Origin: a phage
Sequence record: OZ346201.1
Direction: 5' to 3' (one strand)
Length of the DNA: 64,000 nt
The notes beneath the pieces were generated by a model. That model worked only from the letters and a program-made list of their open reading frames with translations, did no database searches and was not told where the DNA came from. Position 1 is the first letter of the stretch, and every line of letters begins with the position of its first letter. Made by a program: the position numbers and the translations under genes. Positions 1 to 9,900 of the stretch are shown here, one piece after another.

Positions 1-2
1 AG

Positions 3-1718
3 CAGACTGAAAGTACCTGTATTGTTGCAGATAACAACTGTTGTATTAACCGTTTAGTGTCAAGAACATATGGAGGTATGGCTGGGTGCATTTGGGAAAC
101 AGTTGACAAGTATGACCATTTCGGTATTGGGTTTGATGATCACTATGAGATGAGAAACACCAAGCTTTGGTTCAGAATGTCAATAACCAACGCCAGCAAC
201 TTCTCCACTCCTGAAAAGATGATTATGACTGTAGACCTTGTTGATGGCACAATCATCTATGTTCCTTTAGCTCAATATGCTGTCAGCATCTCAGAGGATA
301 AAAATGTTGCAGAAATTCATATTGATTTTGAGGACTGCGTCGGGATGGACCAGAACAACAACATGATGGGTGTTGATCCTCGGCAGGTGAGAAGGATTTT
401 AATACCACTTATGCCTAAAGACTGGGTAAGTAATAGCACAGATCCAAGAACGGAAAATGTAGAGTGTGAGTTGCGCCTAGATCTGCTTCAGCCAGACACA
501 GGCTGGAAAATGATGCAACTTAATAATATCCAGGTGAGAGAGCACGACGTTGGGATCTGCACCGCATATGACGATATGTGGAACGTGTCCCCTTTAAGGG
601 TGTTGAACAATATCAAGCGTCTGGGCTATACCGGAACCATAAACCATTATGTTGGTATGAGTCATTATTATGACTACACATGGTCAGGAACCCAATGGTC
701 TATAAACAGAACAGGAGCGCTAAACGCTGCAGCTTATAAATGGCATGATGATTTTATGTACAATGCCAAACGACATAACTTCGACGTTATGCAATCTGTA
801 AGTTTTGAGCTTTTCAGCGATGCCTGCCCGTTGGAATGGACCCAAAGAGACTGGAACGATAACTACGCTAAAACAGGGTATACACCTTGTAGCTACCTCC
901 TGTCTCCAACCATTGAAGAGGGTATGAATTTCCTTACTGCAGTATTTAAGAATTTTGCATCAGCCGCTATGAGAAACAACCTGCCAGTGATTATGCAGGT
1001 TGGTGAACCGTGGTGGTGGTACAATACCGATACTCGTAGACCTTGTATTTATGATTACCCTACAAAACAGGCGTTTTATGATGAGACAGGCGAGTATGCA
1101 TTAGATATTGGGACTATTGACGATCCTAAAACTGGCGGTGTTTACGATAAGTATGTAGCATTTTGTCGTGGTAAGCTTGGCGCTCGTATTGCGGCTATTT
1201 CAAAGGCAATAAAGGCACACGCTGCATCAGCTCAGATGACAGCTCTGCTGTTTTTCCCAACCATTATGGAAACCGAGCTTACGCAAAAGCTTAACCTTGC
1301 TGACCAATATAAAAAGGAAGCAGGTGCTCTTGATTTCTTCTGCACCGAGTGCTACGATTGGGTGATGCAGGGAGGTATTGAAAAGGCAAAAGAGTCTGTA
1401 AACATACCTATCGTTAAGTTAGGTTGGCAACCGTCTGAAATACAATACCTTGCAGGGTTCGTTCCTAGTAAAGAGCTTGCTCCGGTATATGGTTACGACC
1501 CAACCAGGAATTACCAAGAATTTTTATGGAGATGTATTTGCGGAAACATGGCAACTATAGAGTATAGATATCCTGAGGTAAAACAGTATGTGTGGGCATA
1601 CCCGCAAGTAATGTCTGACAGCATCACTGTTACCGCTAGAGATTCTACCGTGCTTCATATGGGGCAGGTTGCTCTGAAAGGGTATGTAGAAGATGTTGTC
1701 CCGCCAGACTTCTCATAA
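3..1718 (+). CDS. hypothetical virion-associated protein (5' end cut by window edge)
   Basis: Frame is open back to position 3 with no upstream stop; lies directly upstream of tail-fibre genes; no catalytic motif recognised. Confidence 0.55.
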   Translation, partial: QTESTCIVADNNCCINRLVSRTYGGMAGCIWETVDKYDHFGIGFDDHYEMRNTKLWFRMSITNASNFSTPEKMIMTVDLVDGTIIYVPLAQYAVSISEDKNVAEIHIDFEDCVGMDQNNNMMGVDPRQVRRILIPLMPKDWVSNSTDPRTENVECELRLDLLQPDTGWKMMQLNNIQVREHDVGICTAYDDMWNVSPLRVLNNIKRLGYTGTINHYVGMSHYYDYTWSGTQWSINRTGALNAAAYKWHDDFMYNAKRHNFDVMQSVSFELFSDACPLEWTQRDWNDNYAKTGYTPCSYLLSPTIEEGMNFLTAVFKNFASAAMRNNLPVIMQVGEPWWWYNTDTRRPCIYDYPTKQAFYDETGEYALDIGTIDDPKTGGVYDKYVAFCRGKLGARIAAISKAIKAHAASAQMTALLFFPTIMETELTQKLNLADQYKKEAGALDFFCTECYDWVMQGGIEKAKESVNIPIVKLGWQPSEIQYLAGFVPSKELAPVYGYDPTRNYQEFLWRCICGNMATIEYRYPEVKQYVWAYPQVMSDSITVTARDSTVLHMGQVALKGYVEDVVPPDFS

Positions 1719-1730
1719 TCAGGAGATAAA

Positions 1731-2771
1731 ATGTCAAAACCTAGTTTTCCATTAGAGATTTGGGCAGAGGAGGATCAGGTTCTGCCTAACACCCACAGAC
1801 AGAACAGGCTACGCCCGATTGATGATTTGTGGAGAAAAGGTTGGGATCTTGGTCAAAAGCCCTCATGTGAAGAACTTAACTATATTTTCAATATGCTCGG
1901 GACTTGGGCAAAATACATCGCTGACGAGCAGATCCCCGCTCAAGAAGGCCGTTATCTGGTACGTGATAATAACTTGAGTGATCTTTTGAACATTCCTGTT
2001 GCCCGTAGAAACCTTGGGATTATTACTAAGGAAGAGGCAGACGCCAGGTATGTAAAAGTTACAGGTGATACAATGACAGGCCCATTGGGTTTGCAACGTA
2101 TCAACTTTAAAGCTGCCGAGTCAGATAAGGCTTGGATAGAGACAACTATTGGCCCAGATAAGACAACTCTCGACTTTGGGTTAAGTGATAATACCGGGTC
2201 GTTTGATGATGGTGGTACATCTACAGTGGATGCGTTCCGTTGGAGATTCCAGCCAACTCAGCCGGATATTAATCCAGAGTTCACTTTGATGTACCTTAAC
2301 GCGATCACGGCTAACCGTGCGCTGTTGAAAGTGGTAGGCAATGTTGAAGTTGTCGATAACATGAGGTGCAATAACCTTACTATCAGCAATACAGCGACAT
2401 TCACCAACTGTAATGTGGCTAGTCAGTTGACGGCTGGGTCAGTGTATGTTAATGGTGGTGCAAGTTGTGACAGTATGGTTGTAAGAAGCCAGCACTGTGT
2501 TGTCGGTAACAGAAATGTGGTTCGCTCTGTGAACGGAGTGACGGCTAACGGTAACGGTGATGTAACGATCACTATCCCGCAGACAGGTGTGCAAGACATC
2601 AGAATCGGTGCAAGACTTGTGGACGGAGTTTCTGAATCTCCAATCCGCAACGGCTACGTTGTCACAGGCTGGCATTTCGGTGACAAAAAAGAGATGCGTG
2701 GTTCAACCTACTGGGCAGGACCTTTACAAAAACTTGTAAATGGTCAATGGATCACTGTTAATTATGCATAG
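1731..2771 (+). CDS. tail fibre protein, paralog 1
   Basis: SD AGGAGA upstream of ATG; shares N-terminus (P-x-[ED]-IWA..QD-VL-NT), central RWRFQP / NAITANRA and C-terminal QKLVNGQWIT-x-YA with the ORF at 3786..4829; central region divergent. Confidence 0.75.
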   Translation: MSKPSFPLEIWAEEDQVLPNTHRQNRLRPIDDLWRKGWDLGQKPSCEELNYIFNMLGTWAKYIADEQIPAQEGRYLVRDNNLSDLLNIPVARRNLGIITKEEADARYVKVTGDTMTGPLGLQRINFKAAESDKAWIETTIGPDKTTLDFGLSDNTGSFDDGGTSTVDAFRWRFQPTQPDINPEFTLMYLNAITANRALLKVVGNVEVVDNMRCNNLTISNTATFTNCNVASQLTAGSVYVNGGASCDSMVVRSQHCVVGNRNVVRSVNGVTANGNGDVTITIPQTGVQDIRIGARLVDGVSESPIRNGYVVTGWHFGDKKEMRGSTYWAGPLQKLVNGQWITVNYA

Positions 2772-2785
2772 ATCGGAGGACTAGC

Positions 2786-3370
2786 ATGAAAATACTTCAA
2801 GAGTTTAAACTTTACCAACCGGGATCTGGCGAATACCGCACCAACAAGGAAACCAAGGAGCTGACCCCTCAAGAGGTTGAGGATTACACAGCATACACTG
2901 GGTATTTTTTACGTAATGATGATGGCGATTGGTATGTGCAGTCACGAACATTACGACAAGAAAATCCGGGGTGTATCTTCCTACTTGTTGACGAGAAGGG
3001 AATTCTTAAGACATCTACAGAAGAACCTGATGCCTTATGGCCTGCTCCAGGTCTTCGTGTGGTTATCGCCAAAAAAGAAGAGGTACCAGAAAACATTATG
3101 CTTCACCACGACGCTTTGCGTTTAGTTGGTGATGAATTTGTCACAGACAATGAATTCTTTGTTCAACAGGCAGAGGGTGTCATAGAGACAGAACTTGCTT
3201 GGGCTACTGCTAGAATTGGTGCCTATCAAGACATGATTGACCTTGAATATGATCTTACTGATGACCAGAAACGTAACATCAGAGATTTGAAAATGTACAG
3301 GGTAAAACTTCTTGAAATAGATACATCTAAAGCCCCTGACATTTTCTTCCCGGAGCGACCTACCCTCTAA
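2786..3370 (+). CDS. hypothetical protein (tail-fibre associated)
   Basis: SD GGAGGA 6 nt before ATG; sits between the two fibre paralogs. Confidence 0.55.
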   Translation: MKILQEFKLYQPGSGEYRTNKETKELTPQEVEDYTAYTGYFLRNDDGDWYVQSRTLRQENPGCIFLLVDEKGILKTSTEEPDALWPAPGLRVVIAKKEEVPENIMLHHDALRLVGDEFVTDNEFFVQQAEGVIETELAWATARIGAYQDMIDLEYDLTDDQKRNIRDLKMYRVKLLEIDTSKAPDIFFPERPTL

Positions 3371-3381
3371 GAGGAGGTGTT

Positions 3382-3696
3382 GTGGAGTTGGATTTGGCGG
3401 CATTGTACGGTATCTGCATGGGTACCGTTGTCCCGATCTGTGTATGGGCTTTCAACCAGTGGCACACCAAATGGAAAGGCATTTCCAAGAGGTTGGATGA
3501 ACTGGAGAAAGACCTCATCTTAGTGAAAAACAGTATGGTTACAAAAGATAAACTTGATTCCGTTATCGAGACCCGGTTAAGTAAGCTAGAGGCCGATATT
3601 AACGACCTTAAGCAGGATGTCAGGACAGATGTCTCCGGTATCCGAGCTGATGTACAAAAGATTTTGCACATGCTCGTAGAGCATAGTAAAAGGTAA
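3382..3696 (+). CDS. membrane-anchored coiled-coil protein
   Basis: GTG start preceded by GAGGAGG; hydrophobic N-terminal segment followed by heptad-like charged region. Confidence 0.5.
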   Translation: MELDLAALYGICMGTVVPICVWAFNQWHTKWKGISKRLDELEKDLILVKNSMVTKDKLDSVIETRLSKLEADINDLKQDVRTDVSGIRADVQKILHMLVEHSKR

Positions 3697-3785
3697 ACAA
3701 AGGTCAGAACGGAAAGGACTCTGTTCTTGCATTTTGTTCCCTAAAGTGTTAAAATAGTCCTAAGGAATTTTCTCAGGAGAACGTG

Positions 3786-4829
3786 ATGACTAAACCAGTT
3801 ATCCCTCTTGATATTTGGGCCAATCAGGATGTTGTGCTTGAAAATACGGGAGAGTTGAATAAGTCTCAACCAAAAAAAGAAGAGAGATTGAAAGGTTGGG
3901 ATATGACACAAAGAGTGGCATGTGAAGTTGTTAACTTTGAACTTCACATGCTTTCTGCGTGGTTGAAGCATTTAACAGAAGATGTTGTCCCAGGATGGGA
4001 TAATAGATTCTTAAGGGTCACTAATAATCTAGCAGACGTTCCAGACAAAGCTGCTGCACGTCAAGTTCTCAATGTATACTCACCTGAAGAAATGGACGAT
4101 CTATATGTTGACAAGTCTGGAGACATAATGACTCAGACTCAAACTTTAGGTCTTCAAAGAATCGAGTTTGCATCTGCGTCAACAGACAGTGCGGCAATAT
4201 ATACCACCATAACTCCAGACAAGACGACGATGGATTTCTGGATTATGGACAACATCGGTGGTGCTGACGGCACAGACCTTGATGATCCTTCTCACCAAAT
4301 AGATGGGTTCCGTTGGAGATTTCAACCTTCTGGTGGGCAGCCTGTGTTTTCAGCTATGAAGCTCAATGCTATAACTGCCAACCGTGCAAGACTGGCTATC
4401 CAAGGAAATCTTGAATGCAACGATGCAAAAAGTTCCTCTGCAAATGCCAATGCGGTCACGATACCAAGAGCCACTGTTAATGGACAACAATCCTGCGGAA
4501 GCGCTCAAATAGGTGGAAGAGTTGATTGTAACGATGAAACCGTCAGGGGCCAATATGCAACAGTTGGTGGAAGAAACGTGGTCCGCAGGGTAAATGGTAA
4601 CGGCGCAGACAGTAGTGGTAACCTTACTATTCCTATGCCTAGCAGAGGGGTTGATGATGTAAGGATAGCAAACCGTTTCAAAACCACCTACAGAGAGTCA
4701 AGAGTCTACCCTGGACATGTGATGTGCTCTGGTAACTACGCTTATAAACACCCTTATCAAGGTGATTACTGGACAGGTGCTATCCAAAAACTTGTAAATG
4801 GTCAATGGATCACTATATCTTATGCTTAA
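3786..4829 (+). CDS. tail fibre protein, paralog 2
   Basis: SD AGGAGA; conserved N- and C-terminal ends shared with 1731..2771, different central domain; ATG at 3786 preferred over GTG at 3783. Confidence 0.75.
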   Translation: MTKPVIPLDIWANQDVVLENTGELNKSQPKKEERLKGWDMTQRVACEVVNFELHMLSAWLKHLTEDVVPGWDNRFLRVTNNLADVPDKAAARQVLNVYSPEEMDDLYVDKSGDIMTQTQTLGLQRIEFASASTDSAAIYTTITPDKTTMDFWIMDNIGGADGTDLDDPSHQIDGFRWRFQPSGGQPVFSAMKLNAITANRARLAIQGNLECNDAKSSSANANAVTIPRATVNGQQSCGSAQIGGRVDCNDETVRGQYATVGGRNVVRRVNGNGADSSGNLTIPMPSRGVDDVRIANRFKTTYRESRVYPGHVMCSGNYAYKHPYQGDYWTGAIQKLVNGQWITISYA

Positions 4830-4840
4830 AAAGAGGGTAA

Positions 4841-5107
4841 ATGAAACTAACTCAGTTTTTATGGGGACTGGTTGCGGCATCTGATGACCCTACGAAAGTA
4901 TCCCAAACTAAGCTATGGTCGAACATAGGCATGGCGGTGATGACTGGGGTGTTTATTCATATGGGGTATAATGATACGCTTCCTGAATGGTATGCGTGGA
5001 TATACGCGCCTTCAGTAGCTTGCCCCCAGCTTATTAGCAAATTCATCTCGCTCCGGTGGGGTTGCCAGCACCCTGACCACGTTAAAAACGAAGAGCAAAA
5101 AGCTTAA
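4841..5107 (+). CDS. small membrane protein (holin-like candidate, unproven)
   Basis: 88 aa with hydrophobic segments, SD GAGGG; embedded in fibre module. Confidence 0.45.
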   Translation: MKLTQFLWGLVAASDDPTKVSQTKLWSNIGMAVMTGVFIHMGYNDTLPEWYAWIYAPSVACPQLISKFISLRWGCQHPDHVKNEEQKA

Positions 5108-5116
5108 GGAGAAATC

Positions 5117-6862
5117 ATGGCGCAAGACATGACAAGCTTTGAGCAGGCGGTAGATCAAGTAATTGTTGATTCTGAACGTTTGCACCTGATTGTCAACGGT
5201 AACGCTGTGGATGAAGTTGTCGTAGAGGATGGGACCACCATCCCTACGGTACGAAAAGCCATGCTTGACACCCTTTATTTTAAAACGCCACCGATCCCTT
5301 GGGCGTATGGTGCATCCACAACAGTTTTTAACCAGCTGTACGAGTTTAAAGGGGACACAGGCCCTCAGTGGTGGTACGCTCCCGCAGCATCAAAATCTAA
5401 CCCGGTTAGAATGCCAGCAGATCCTTCACAATCTCCAAACTGGAGATTATATACCGATTCTGCAGTAATGGCAAAATACTACGCAAAACTTAACAGTCCG
5501 AGGTTCGAAGGTGACCCGCGAGTACCTACGCCTCCAATGGACGACAAATCCGAGTCTATAGCAAACACAGAGTTTGTTGTTGACTATGTGGATAGCATAT
5601 TTGAAGCCATGGAGGGAATGAAAGTTACTGTAGGGTCTTTGGTGGTAAAAGGTCTTACAGAACTTGCTAACACTATAGTTGGTGGCACACTCACCTTACA
5701 TGGGCCTGTTAATGGAGCAGATTCTACTGCACGCTTCAGGAACCTAATCCTCACGGCAAATACTTCTACACTTACTTTTGCGTGGAGTGATCCTAAGCAT
5801 GCAGACTGGAGAAGCACAGAGCTGCAACCTCATGAAGTGTCCACCCACAGGGTTATAGCTGACACTATAACTTCTGGGAAACCAGTGGCTAATAATAACG
5901 ATGTGCATTTTGATGGTCTAGGTAATAACTTTTTTGACTACGTGTACATTCGTGGTAATGCCATGAAGGCAGCAACCGAACCGACATTGCAGGTAGATGG
6001 AACCACCAGGGTTAAGAACCTTGAGGTGACAGGCACTGTTACAGGGATAACATACTCTGTCGATGGCACCATGATCTACCCTAGCTATATTGAAAGCACG
6101 GGTGATGCATTGATAAATGGCGATTTGGAGGTTGGCGGGTCTGTAGTTATTCGAGGTACAGCCTCTATCCAAAATATAGCTCTGAATACTCTAAGAGTCA
6201 ATGAGCGTGCAACTTTTGAAGGAGAAGGGCTTACAGCCAATAAAGGTACAATTACCGAGCTGACCACCACCACTTTAACTGCAACAACTGCAAACTCTGA
6301 AAACTGCAACATTACCAGAAACTTGCAGGTAAATGGAGATGTTAGTTTAAACGCCGCAGGGACTGGCACCACCTACCTTCACAATCTTGAAATATCCGGC
6401 ACAGTGACCGGATGGCTGCCAGACTTCTCTAATGTCAACTTTGTCTGTAATGGCATTAACTCCAGTGGTAAGATAACCACCTCTCAAGAAATTGAGGCTG
6501 GTAAAACCATCACTGCCCCTACTTTCCACGCAGGAAAGGTAGATTTTGACTTAGAGGAGGTTGACGCGTCCAGTGGGACATGGACACCTAACGGGCAGGC
6601 CAGTATGTATGTTGTCCACGCTAAAGGGGATTTTACAATAGGTCAGTGGCCTGGGACATCAGCGGAAGATAAACCTTATCCATTCACTGCAGTTATCTAT
6701 GTCATTCAGGATGCTGTAGGTCACAACGTGACTTTGCACGATAAGTATGCTATCCTGTCGGCAACACCTGTTATTAACAACAGGGCTAACAGTGTTACCT
6801 TGCTGCAATTAACGTATTGTGGTGTTGGTGATATTGTAGACGTAGTAATTGCACAACGTTAA
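5117..6862 (+). CDS. tail fibre / tail spike-like protein
   Basis: 581 aa, Thr/Gly/Asn-rich repetitive beta-type segments, SD AAGGAGA; followed by terminator. Confidence 0.65.
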   Translation: MAQDMTSFEQAVDQVIVDSERLHLIVNGNAVDEVVVEDGTTIPTVRKAMLDTLYFKTPPIPWAYGASTTVFNQLYEFKGDTGPQWWYAPAASKSNPVRMPADPSQSPNWRLYTDSAVMAKYYAKLNSPRFEGDPRVPTPPMDDKSESIANTEFVVDYVDSIFEAMEGMKVTVGSLVVKGLTELANTIVGGTLTLHGPVNGADSTARFRNLILTANTSTLTFAWSDPKHADWRSTELQPHEVSTHRVIADTITSGKPVANNNDVHFDGLGNNFFDYVYIRGNAMKAATEPTLQVDGTTRVKNLEVTGTVTGITYSVDGTMIYPSYIESTGDALINGDLEVGGSVVIRGTASIQNIALNTLRVNERATFEGEGLTANKGTITELTTTTLTATTANSENCNITRNLQVNGDVSLNAAGTGTTYLHNLEISGTVTGWLPDFSNVNFVCNGINSSGKITTSQEIEAGKTITAPTFHAGKVDFDLEEVDASSGTWTPNGQASMYVVHAKGDFTIGQWPGTSAEDKPYPFTAVIYVIQDAVGHNVTLHDKYAILSATPVINNRANSVTLLQLTYCGVGDIVDVVIAQR

Positions 6863-6871
6863 TATATCTAA

Positions 6872-6896
6872 CCGCTCCTGACGGGGCGGTTTTCTT
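6872..6896 (+). terminator. rho-independent terminator
   Basis: CCGCTCC..GGGGCGG hairpin followed by TTTTCTT. Confidence 0.6.
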
Positions 6897-6910
6897 ATCT
6901 GGAGAACACA

Positions 6911-9900
6911 ATGCTTCCAATCCCTTTGCTAAAACTTGGTCGTCATTTCCTCGATAAGAGGGGTGGAATTAAGGAACTTGCTGTTCTGTCATACCCAATA
7001 GACAACAGTGATGGTACAAGCAACACAGTATCCTATGTAAATAGCTTGGCTATACTTTTTGATGATGGTCAGCTTAATATTACGGGCTATAACAAGTTCG
7101 GGGAGTGTCGCACTGGGGATCGTAACCCTATAAACTACCCAAGCGAAACAGCCTGGAATGTTGATCATGTGTGGAGAGCAGACCGTGCGTTTGTGATCCG
7201 GACTTTTGATAACCAGTTTTTCTACATCGGCTGCACTGCAGGTCTTATCGGATCCACTGCGGCAGGCGGTAATGATGTTTGCGTAAACGAGTGGACACCT
7301 CTTCCGGAACAGATTGTTAAAGGGTTGCACCTTGACACCCACCCAGAGCGCCTTATTGAGGTGATGGGTGGTATTAACAACACTGTCTGGGTTATTGCAG
7401 AGGCAGAAGGCACTGGCATACTTAAACTATATGGATCTGGTAACAACACCTACGGATCTTTGCATGTAGATAAAAATCAGCATGCAACCCCTGTAAAGAT
7501 TGGTGAGACATCGGAAAATCCGGAAACAGGTCCTTGGAAAAACCCAAGCATCAACTGCGAGGTGCATGACAACTCTGTTATTTTCGGTGGTCCTAGAGGC
7601 TTCTGGATTGCTGGATACGACTTTCTAAGAAATAACAGTAGAAACGACCTTGTTTGGCCTCCTGTGCAGATTACTCGTAACGATTTGAGGGGCATTCCTG
7701 CAGATGAAGAGTGGAAAGGGTTTATGTGCGGTCCTAACGGGGCAATAATTGCCACACAGAGGATGCACAAACCAAATGACCAGCAGCTTGTTAACGTATT
7801 CTACGGGCAAGACGTTTGGGGAGATGACACGTGGCGTTCCTTAAATATCACCTACACCCATGAGGTGATAATGGCTCGTGGATACGGCACAAGTGGCATT
7901 TTCTTCAATAATGGCACTAAACAGTATCGTGGATTCTCTCGCAACTTGTGTAATGATATTGGTGCACAATCTGCAAACAATAGCCCTAGGGCTAATTTTA
8001 TCCACTATCAGGCTCTTGCTACAGCTAAATATGTTGAGCAACGCCTGCCAGTTAGCTGGACAGAGAGTGTTTATTTCCAAGGCATCCACAGGGAAGGTTT
8101 CTTAGGAACCTTTACTGTTGTTAATGGCAAACTTTGGTGGTCAGGCATCCCAAGGGGGAGTTTTGCAGGATCTAACAACCTCTTTGGCGGCAGACTTAAC
8201 AGCCAAGGGTTCACAGAGATTCCGGAGAATTGGTATAAAAATGTCCCGGTAGATAGCTGGGGTATCGAAGACATCTTTGATGTCAATGGTGTGAGCAATG
8301 TTAGCAACATTTACATCGGAGATACTGTCAAGATGAAATTGAAACCTCAGCCGGAGGGTGCTACGTTCATTATTGACAAGATTGAGTTGGTAAATGCTGC
8401 AGGCACTGTTGTTACAGATGCAAACTATCAGTTCTCCACTAACTGGAACCATGGTGGTGCTAACGAAGTTGTGGTCACCCAGTATAACCGTAACATCAAC
8501 AGACGTGGTTTGTATTCTATCAAGATCACCTACCATGACAAGCATGGCACTGGAAGAACCTATACGACAAGAACTTTGAACTGGAACACTATAGTTCCTG
8601 CGTATCCGTCCAACGGCAAGTGGCATACCGTTGGTAGAAACAAGCAGTTCCATGTTAACGATACTGTATACTTTGGGCTGAATGGGACCCAGCCTGCAGT
8701 AGAAGGGGATACATCGTATATGGTCAGACTCCACAGAATGGATGCTGGATCAGTCACTTATGATGTGACCCAAGAGATCTACGATCAAAGACGTGCCACG
8801 TATGACAATATTGTAAAAACACAAGCCTTGTGGGAGTTCAATCCTAATGGCAAGGGTGGTAAAATGTTGCAGGTTAATGAGCAGAACGGAACGTCGTTGA
8901 CTGTTCACGAACACCCAGACCCTTGGCCTGATCCTGGAAAACCTCGCCCGGGAGCTCGTACACTGAAAATTGTCAGCCATGATGCAGGATATTTCGGAAT
9001 ACGCTGGGAAGCTACAGTAAGATATGTCGACGGGACAACAAACAACATAGGGATTACACTTGGCGGCACTAGTGAAGATAACTCGCTGAAAATTGCCTAC
9101 ACGCCCAGAGGTATCTCTATTGATAGTATGGATGTTGTTCGCAATGGCTACGGCGATGTGAATGTCAAAGTTACTCTTGGCGAACATCTTGGTGGGGAAA
9201 GGATCATCATGTATACCTTTGATCATGATCCACGCACCAATGGAACTTATGCAAATCAGGCATGGAGTTACCTGATAAATGCACCTGAGCCGAATACTAA
9301 AGAGTTCTACTATGGTATGAAGCGAGATGTGTGCAAGAAAACAGGAACACATGACTGGATTGCTATCTGCGTTAAAGATGAGCGCACAGCTTGGGATGAG
9401 CCTGTTAACAGATGGTTCATAGGTATTCCTACCAGAAGTGATAAGTATGTCGCAGAATATATTGTATGCATGGGCGGTACCAACCTAAACATGTGTTGGA
9501 ACGAAGATGTAAACAAATACTCTGATTATGACTATATGAGGGATTACTCTTGTAATTTGTGGTTTAACCAAACTACAGGTTACCCTCCAAGACAGGCGAG
9601 AGTAAACCCTGCAATCTTCACAGACACGCAGGTTTTCTTGACAAAACAGGCCAACGAGGTTCAGACCTTCAAGAATAAATACGCTCCTAACAAGTGGTTC
9701 TACAACTGTTACGGCGCATTTTTCTGGGGACCTGGTGAGTTACCTGGTGGGGGATCTTGCTTGAATGAGGCAACTTACGCAAGTGACTACATCATGGGGC
9801 AGGTCAAGAAGTATAAGATAATCCCCGGTCCTGAGACTTTGGGCAATGCCGTTGACCCTTATATCATCATGACTGCACTGAGATCAAACATGGATGGGAC